A stretch of 52,449 nucleotides of DNA from Candidatus Moranbacteria bacterium UBA1302 (GTDB lineage: Bacteria > Patescibacteriota > Minisyncoccia > Moranbacterales > UBA1568). Each line of letters opens with the position of its first letter. Within the stretch, counting starts at the first letter, position 1. Below the pieces are notes generated by a model, which saw only the letters and a program-made list of their open reading frames with translations, did not search any database and was not told the origin of the DNA. The stretch spans positions 1-52,449 of the forward strand of contig DBUA01000035.1 of NCBI GenBank assembly GCA_002307715.1. The letters run 5' to 3'. Below, piece by piece: positions 47,032 through 52,449 of this stretch. The position numbers were made by a program, and so were the translations under genes.

Positions 47032-48861
47032 ATGGGAACTATCGAACAGGGACCTCAGGGTGGTCGTAGTTTTGATAAAATTGAACAGGGACCTCAGGGT
47101 GGTCGTGATTTGAATAAATATGAAGAGGTATTAGGTTTCAAGAGGACAGAGTTGGAAGGTCAGACCGTGCTTGATTTGGGTGCTGGGCCAGGTGGAAGAT
47201 TCGCGAAGGAACTGTCGGCAGCCGGCGTGCATGCTCAAGTCGTGTCGCTCAGCCCCGATTATGCCAATGAGAAAAATCGGCAGCTTTTTGAGCGGACTTT
47301 GCCCGAAAAATTAAAGAGTCTTTTGCGACCCGTTAGTGAGCAACCGGGGAGGGCTGCTGTCGCAGCATGGGCGGAGTCACTTCCTTTTAAGAACGAGTCT
47401 TTTGAGAGGATCCTAGCTCTTTTTTCTGTTTCGGTGTGGTCCGAGGGCAATTATAAGCAGTGGTTACCAGAAATCATTCGCGTTCTCAAATCCGGAGGTG
47501 AAGCCCGGATAGGTCCTTTTCATCCCGCTGAATTCGATATGTATGATGGCGATCTTATGATTCAGCAACGAGAGCGGATGCATCAGTATATAGCAGCATT
47601 AGGATACGAGGTCGATTACATTCCCGGTTCCGAGGCGGGTCAAACGGTACTCGTGCTCCGAAAACAACGTAAGGATCTGGCATCGTCCCAGTCTTCCGCC
47701 GAAACTTCCCAGGAGTCTCTTCGGAGAATTATTGATCGGGTGAATATCGATGTGGAGAATCAGAGAAAACCACAACTCTCTGCTTCCGAATATTCGAGGG
47801 AGCAGTTCTCAATTCTGGAGAAAAGTTTCGATGGGTCTTTGCTTGAAGAGGGTCCATCAGTCGTCGGGGTCGTCAGATGTTGGAATAAGAAAGAGAAAGA
47901 CTTGGCTGAATTCCTTGAGAGGATCGAGAGGTTTAAACAAGGGATACCCTCCCTAAAAGGCGTACTTCTTATTATCAATAAAGACGGAGAAAAGAGTGGG
48001 AGTGTTACCGAAGAAAGCCTGAAGGCTGCTTTGGATCAGAGGAGTGTCTCGATACCCGTAGTTCCGCTTCAGGTTGAAGGGTATTCTTGGACTGCTGGAT
48101 TGAATGCTGGGGCGGCTGTGCTGAATGAGATGTGCCTGGAACGGTCGATCAGTCGGAAAGATTTGCGGGTGGCGAATTTTTCTTTCGATACAGATTTGGA
48201 TGAGGAGGGGTTGAAACAGTGCAATGCCAACATCCAGGAGAATACATTGGTTGTCACTGCCCGGAAAACATCCGATGGTCGATCGCCTTTCATAGCCGGG
48301 CATGGTGGCGGGGAGCTCTGGGAGAGATTCACAACGATGTTGCGTTCACCGAAAGCTGCGAAATTGTCGGAGCTTGCTTATACGATGCGCAATACCTTCA
48401 ATGTGATTTCGCTTCAAGATATCATTTCTATGGGTGGTTTCAACCCGCTGTGCAACGGAGATACCTTCTCTTCCAATCGTCCTGAGCCTTTCTTGCAGAT
48501 GAGACGCTCCGAAGAAGTAGCGATCGCCGGGATGGAGGATATAGAATTTTTTATGCGGTTTATCTTCCGTGCGCTCAAAAAAGGTGACATAAGCGCATTG
48601 AAAGAATTGAGGACGGCCATGGATACCCCTGTGTTTTATCGGGATACGTCCTGGGAAGATTTGCATGAACTGAAGAAGATAGATAAAATCGGCAACGAGA
48701 TGGTGGCCCTCTCGCTTATCCTCAGTGAGCTTTCCGGGAAGAAAGCTATGCCGACTCAGAATGCTGGAGAAACGAAGACAGTCGGGCTAGTGAAAGATTT
48801 CTATGTTCCACGGGTCATGCAGGATTTTGCTTTGCGCAAGGAAGACGAACAGCGTGGCTGA
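47032..48861 (+). CDS. fusion of class I SAM-dependent methyltransferase and a putative GT-A-fold domain
   Basis: VLDLGAGPG, AESLPFKNESFE, RVLKSGG; C-terminal WTAGLNAG, SFDTD, MGGFNP, MEDIEF resemble GT2 motifs; 39-bp tandem repeat at 47041-47118. Confidence 0.7.
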   Translation: MGTIEQGPQGGRSFDKIEQGPQGGRDLNKYEEVLGFKRTELEGQTVLDLGAGPGGRFAKELSAAGVHAQVVSLSPDYANEKNRQLFERTLPEKLKSLLRPVSEQPGRAAVAAWAESLPFKNESFERILALFSVSVWSEGNYKQWLPEIIRVLKSGGEARIGPFHPAEFDMYDGDLMIQQRERMHQYIAALGYEVDYIPGSEAGQTVLVLRKQRKDLASSQSSAETSQESLRRIIDRVNIDVENQRKPQLSASEYSREQFSILEKSFDGSLLEEGPSVVGVVRCWNKKEKDLAEFLERIERFKQGIPSLKGVLLIINKDGEKSGSVTEESLKAALDQRSVSIPVVPLQVEGYSWTAGLNAGAAVLNEMCLERSISRKDLRVANFSFDTDLDEEGLKQCNANIQENTLVVTARKTSDGRSPFIAGHGGGELWERFTTMLRSPKAAKLSELAYTMRNTFNVISLQDIISMGGFNPLCNGDTFSSNRPEPFLQMRRSEEVAIAGMEDIEFFMRFIFRALKKGDISALKELRTAMDTPVFYRDTSWEDLHELKKIDKIGNEMVALSLILSELSGKKAMPTQNAGETKTVGLVKDFYVPRVMQDFALRKEDEQRG

Positions 48862-48892
48862 ATTTTGCACGGGATTTTTTTTGATTTTGCAC

Positions 48893-48920
48893 AAAAAGAA
48901 GTGACATGTCACTTCTTTTT
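48893..48920. terminator. perfect 28-bp palindrome overlapping the xer stop codon (bidirectional terminator)
   Basis: AAAAAGAAGTGACATGTCACTTCTTTTT. Confidence 0.75.
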
Positions 48921-49865
48921 TCTTTTTCCATGAAAGTTTTTATGGATTTCTTTCAGGCGTTCGTTGGTGATATGGGTGTAGACTTGTGTGGTAGTGATAG
49001 AGGAATGGCCGAGCATAGACTGGACGCTGCGGATGTCGGCGCCGTTGACCAGAAGATCGGTCGCGAAGGAGTGGCGGAGCGTGTGCGGATGGACGTCTTT
49101 CACGATGCCGGCTTTTTTGGCGTAGTGCTTGACGATGCGTTGGATGCTGCGAGGAGTAAGTCTCAGCGTGTCACGAGTTGAATTTTTCCGATTAGTGAGA
49201 CCTTTTTTCCCATGTGAAACGAAGAGTGCCGGGTCGATGTCGGTCCGTTTAGCGAGATACGTTTCGAGAGCTTTCTTCGCTGTGGGTGATATGAAAACGA
49301 TGCGGAGTTTCGATCCTTTGCCTCGAACGCTGAATTCTTCTTTATCGAGATTGACATGGTTCCTATCAAGACCGATAAGCTCTGAAACACGCAGACCGGA
49401 AGAGAAGAGCAGCTCGAGGATAGCGCGATCACGGAGAGTCTTTAGGGCAGAACCTTCAGTCGCAGACAGAAGCCGTTCGATCTCATCGTATTCTAAGAAG
49501 TCTACCTGCCGATCCGGTATGCGTCCGATTTCGATCTTTTCGGCTGCGAACGCTTTGACATCCTGTTTTGCGAGATATTTGAGGAATGTGCGCAGGACAA
49601 CGGCATGATAGGCTTGGCTGTTTTTCTTGAGCGTTGTACCGAAACGAGTCATTTTCCTGTTGAGATAAATACGGTATTCACGCACTTTTTCAGCATTGAT
49701 GTCTTCGGTATGGCGGATGTTTCCCCAAGCAAAAAAAGCGTTCAAGGTATGGCCATAGCTTTCGAGCGTGCGAGGAGAACGATTCATCTCGATTTCCATA
49801 TGCTCGAGAAAGCGTTTTGCCAGCATCCCGATTTCAGTAGCCGGATTTTCGAAGAAGCGTTTCAT
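48909..49865 (-). CDS. XerC/XerD-family tyrosine recombinase
   Basis: SPRTLESY, GLRVSEL, GKGSK, HPHTLRHSFAT, LGHS..TTQVY; start uncertain (49865-49901). Confidence 0.93.
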   Translation of the reverse strand: MKRFFENPATEIGMLAKRFLEHMEIEMNRSPRTLESYGHTLNAFFAWGNIRHTEDINAEKVREYRIYLNRKMTRFGTTLKKNSQAYHAVVLRTFLKYLAKQDVKAFAAEKIEIGRIPDRQVDFLEYDEIERLLSATEGSALKTLRDRAILELLFSSGLRVSELIGLDRNHVNLDKEEFSVRGKGSKLRIVFISPTAKKALETYLAKRTDIDPALFVSHGKKGLTNRKNSTRDTLRLTPRSIQRIVKHYAKKAGIVKDVHPHTLRHSFATDLLVNGADIRSVQSMLGHSSITTTQVYTHITNERLKEIHKNFHGKRKKK

Positions 49866-50017
49866 AAGTTGCTTCATAAGACGACATTGGAAGTATACCA
49901 TACCGTTTCTGGGATTTTGAATGATGATTCGGTTTGAAGATCATGATTTTCGGTGGATCTTTTTGTAGAAATATGCTTTTAATAAGCCAAAATAAGAGAT
50001 TTATAACTATTTTTTCA

Positions 50018-50046
50018 TTGACGGGCGACTGTTTCCGGGCTACACT
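50018..50046 (+). promoter_or_regulatory. sigma70-type promoter of the LysM-CHAP gene
   Basis: TTGACG-17nt-TACACT. Confidence 0.6.
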
Positions 50047-50126
50047 GGTTTGGTAAAAATTAGGGCAAACTCCCATAGGCATCCTGAGACCGATAGTGCG
50101 GTAGGATTTCTTCAGAGTTTTGCTGA

Positions 50127-51416
50127 TTGAAAGGCGAGAGTCTTATCAGTACTCAACCCTCCATCTTTTCCAGAATTATGCGGCGGCATAGGTCGATAGC
50201 ATCCGACCAAACCCCCGCGTCTTTTGAGAAGACCTGTTGGTCGGATCGTTTTCGGCGGTTCCATACTCGCGTTCACCATGTCCAGTCGAAGGTTCTCCAC
50301 TTTATCAAGGAGATTTCAGGATATAGAGTCGTCCGTGTTTTCCGGAATTATTCCGCTTTTTCCATAGTGGCATCGAGCGCCCTTCTGGTATCGGCGAGCA
50401 ATTTCGCGCACGATAAGGATCCGGACAGTATGCTTTTCGGCTATGTCCATAGCGATTCTTCACAGGCGGAAGGTGTTACGAAGCGCCGTTTGGCTGCCCA
50501 AGTGAGCAAGAAAGAGAATCTTGCATTGGTTCCGCTCGCTAATGCTCCCAGTGCTGTCGATCCGGACCAGAAAGACGATGCGACACTGTATGATTTGCAA
50601 GGTGGAAATGTCCAGGATTCCATAATCCTCTCATCTCAAGCTGGCGCGCCGTCCATGTCTAAGGATCCCGAAGAGGATGGTGGTGTAAAAATCTACACTG
50701 TTGCATCGGGCGATACCATCAGCGGTATAGCCGCCAAGTTTGGTATTACGGTTAATACGATCCTCTGGGCGAATGATTTCGATAATGTCGATGAAATCAA
50801 ACCTGGTGATCAGATATTCATTCTTCCTGTCGCGGGTCTTTCTTACGTTGTGCAATCGGGAGACACTATCGACACCATCGCTACGAAATATAAAGCTGAA
50901 AAAGACAAGATCATCGCTTTCAATAGTTTGCCAGCCAATGGTGAACTTCACGTTGGTGATTCCATTATTATTCCTGATGGAAAAAAAGACATGCCGGCTC
51001 AGACAAGCGCCTCCCAGTCCGGCTTAGAGCGTCGGCAGTACGCATCTTCGACAGGTGGCGCTGCGACTGATATTTCCGGTTATCGGACATTATCTGGCAA
51101 TCCGAGTTCCGGTCATCGGTTCCCATATGGCTGGTGTACATGGTATGTAGCGCAGAAACGATATGTGCCGTGGGGAGGGAATGCTGGAACTTGGCTGTAT
51201 AATGCCAAGGCTCTTGGATACAAAACTGGTCGTAAGCCGGCTGTCGGGGCTATTATGGTAACGACAGAAAATCGTTATTATGGGCATGTCGCGCTCGTTG
51301 AGAGGGTTGATGGTGACACGATTACGGTCAGTGAAATGAATTATGTAAAATGGGGCAAGGTGGATCGTCGGACTCTTTCGGCTTCCAGCCGCGCTGTGAA
51401 AGGATTCATTTATTAG
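50127..51416 (+). CDS. LysM x2 + CHAP peptidoglycan hydrolase
   Basis: YTVASGDTISGIA and YVVQSGDTIDTIA LysM domains; GWCTWYV, WGGNAGTW, YGHVA, VSEMN CHAP motifs; start uncertain. Confidence 0.9.
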   Translation: MKGESLISTQPSIFSRIMRRHRSIASDQTPASFEKTCWSDRFRRFHTRVHHVQSKVLHFIKEISGYRVVRVFRNYSAFSIVASSALLVSASNFAHDKDPDSMLFGYVHSDSSQAEGVTKRRLAAQVSKKENLALVPLANAPSAVDPDQKDDATLYDLQGGNVQDSIILSSQAGAPSMSKDPEEDGGVKIYTVASGDTISGIAAKFGITVNTILWANDFDNVDEIKPGDQIFILPVAGLSYVVQSGDTIDTIATKYKAEKDKIIAFNSLPANGELHVGDSIIIPDGKKDMPAQTSASQSGLERRQYASSTGGAATDISGYRTLSGNPSSGHRFPYGWCTWYVAQKRYVPWGGNAGTWLYNAKALGYKTGRKPAVGAIMVTTENRYYGHVALVERVDGDTITVSEMNYVKWGKVDRRTLSASSRAVKGFIY

Positions 51417-51541
51417 TCTTGTCGTATCAACGCATCGGACTTTACAGATGCTGATGAGCGTGCTATACCCGGTGAGGAAGTGAATGACTTCCGGTGGTAT
51501 CTTTTTTTGTCCAGCTCTTTTATTATTTATGGAGATTCGTC

Positions 51542-51676
51542 ATGGGGAAAGCTCTGGTTGTTTTTGGCGCCGTGGTCGTGTTCGCTTTGGGCGCTTTCGG
51601 CGTTTACAAGGGTTTGGTGGCCGATAGTGTGTCGGCAACTGTTTCCACCCCGGCTGCTTCTGTGCCAGCCAACTAA
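51542..51676 (+). CDS. small membrane or secreted protein (44 aa)
   Basis: GGAG SD, MGKALVVFGAVVVFALGAFGVYKGL..., followed by CCCAACCG...CGGTTTGGG-T tract hairpin. Confidence 0.6.
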   Translation: MGKALVVFGAVVVFALGAFGVYKGLVADSVSATVSTPAASVPAN

Positions 51677-51837
51677 TAACGAGGAGACTTTTTTGTACGC
51701 CCAACCGATCATGTAACGGTTGGGTTTTTTCTTTTTTAAAGCCATTTTTCTGGAAATTACTTGACTAAATATTAAGTCTATGCTATACTCGCAATAGAAG
51801 TTGATACTTTTACAATCTTTTTCCCAAGGAGGGAATC

Positions 51838-52041
51838 ATGAAAACACCGGAAGAGAAGGAACGCGCCAAGGCTGCGAATGCCAAGGCAGCAAAGGTTATC
51901 GTCCTGATTCTCCTGGTCCTGGCCGTTGTCATCACCGGGGTCAGGATGTTGGCGGGCGTAAGCATCAATCCTTTCAAGGAACGTTGTACGGAGTACAACG
52001 TGGGCAGTATGGAAAGTTGTCCACGTCCGTTCGAAAAATGA
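51838..52041 (+). CDS. small single-pass membrane protein with a C-terminal Cys pair (67 aa)
   Basis: promoter TTGACT(51761)-17nt-TATACT, AAGGAGGG SD, TM helix, downstream hairpin-T tract. Confidence 0.7.
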   Translation: MKTPEEKERAKAANAKAAKVIVLILLVLAVVITGVRMLAGVSINPFKERCTEYNVGSMESCPRPFEK

Positions 52042-52311
52042 GCTCGAAGCAGAGTTCTCAAGAAGCCTTGTGCGTAAAACGTGCAGGGCTTTTTCTTTTT
52101 TCCTAAATTCGCAAAGAGTCCTATTTTTTATTGATGCATGGTATCTAGTCTTTTCATATGCAACAAGAGAGAATATGTGGTATATTATGGAAGAGAATAT
52201 ATCGGGGTTTCACCGCACGTTCGATTTTTTGATTTTCCGTTCTAGCATTTGGAGTAAGAACTGAAAGCATGTCAGTTTTTGGTATCGTTTGAAGAAAAAA
52301 GATTCTTCCCT

Positions 52312-52449
52312 ATGGATGTTAATACGCTAAATACCATACTCAATCCGGTGGGCACGCTCGCGAGCAGTGTTGTTTCTGGTGTGGCGGGCAATATCGTGAT
52401 ATACGCGTTCAAGTTCTTGATATACTGCGTGTTCGTGTTGCTCGGATGG
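52312..52449 (+). CDS. membrane protein, N-terminal part (runs off window)
   Basis: MDVNTLNTILNPVGTLASSVVSGVAGNIVIYAFKFLIYCVFVLLGW open to the end. Confidence 0.55.
   Translation, partial: MDVNTLNTILNPVGTLASSVVSGVAGNIVIYAFKFLIYCVFVLLGW

Noticed and set aside
48909..49865. integron integrase or prophage integrase
   Set aside because: Looks like housekeeping Xer; no IntI-specific insertion, no attC-like array and no phage genes recognised
50058..50128. canonical c-di-GMP-I or c-di-AMP riboswitch call
   Set aside because: Only GGGCAAAC matches; GNRA loop, receptor and second hairpin of the known motifs are not evident

Overview
Chromosomal window from a small-genome bacterium, most likely Patescibacteria/CPR (Parcubacteria-like). 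This is an inference from a CPR-type VirB2-like pilin, the rpsO-NYN-pnp order, an MBL-fold gene next to gyrA, tRNAs without encoded CCA, and sparse metabolism. Genetic code 11. Content is mainly housekeeping: ftsH (partial), rbfA, nrnA-like, udg, rplS, RluA-family synthase, D-2-hydroxyacid dehydrogenase, ahpC-sod-nrdAB, rpmH-rnpA-yidC-jag, gyrA, ispG, rpsO, pnp, yraN-dksA-like-lspA-comM, rsmA, pcrA and a Xer recombinase. There are also 10 tRNAs, a surface glycosylation cluster and several cell-wall hydrolases. Main non-coding signals: (1) a ~600-nt highly structured, apparently non-coding transcription unit at ~37142-37749 with its own near-consensus promoter, a boxA-like element, many helices, two candidate loop-loop pairings, A-rich linkers and a terminator. 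It is the best candidate for an undescribed large RNA. (2) A five-copy parS array at 3340-3582. (3) A ~2-kb cargo gene bounded by a degenerate 63-bp duplication of the xer gene's own 3' end, next to a nadV remnant. (4) A locus of repeated palindromes and DnaA-box-like motifs at ~6815-6990. (5) Structured leaders before cell-wall hydrolase genes, rpsO and pnp. All structures were read by eye; no folding or database search was run.
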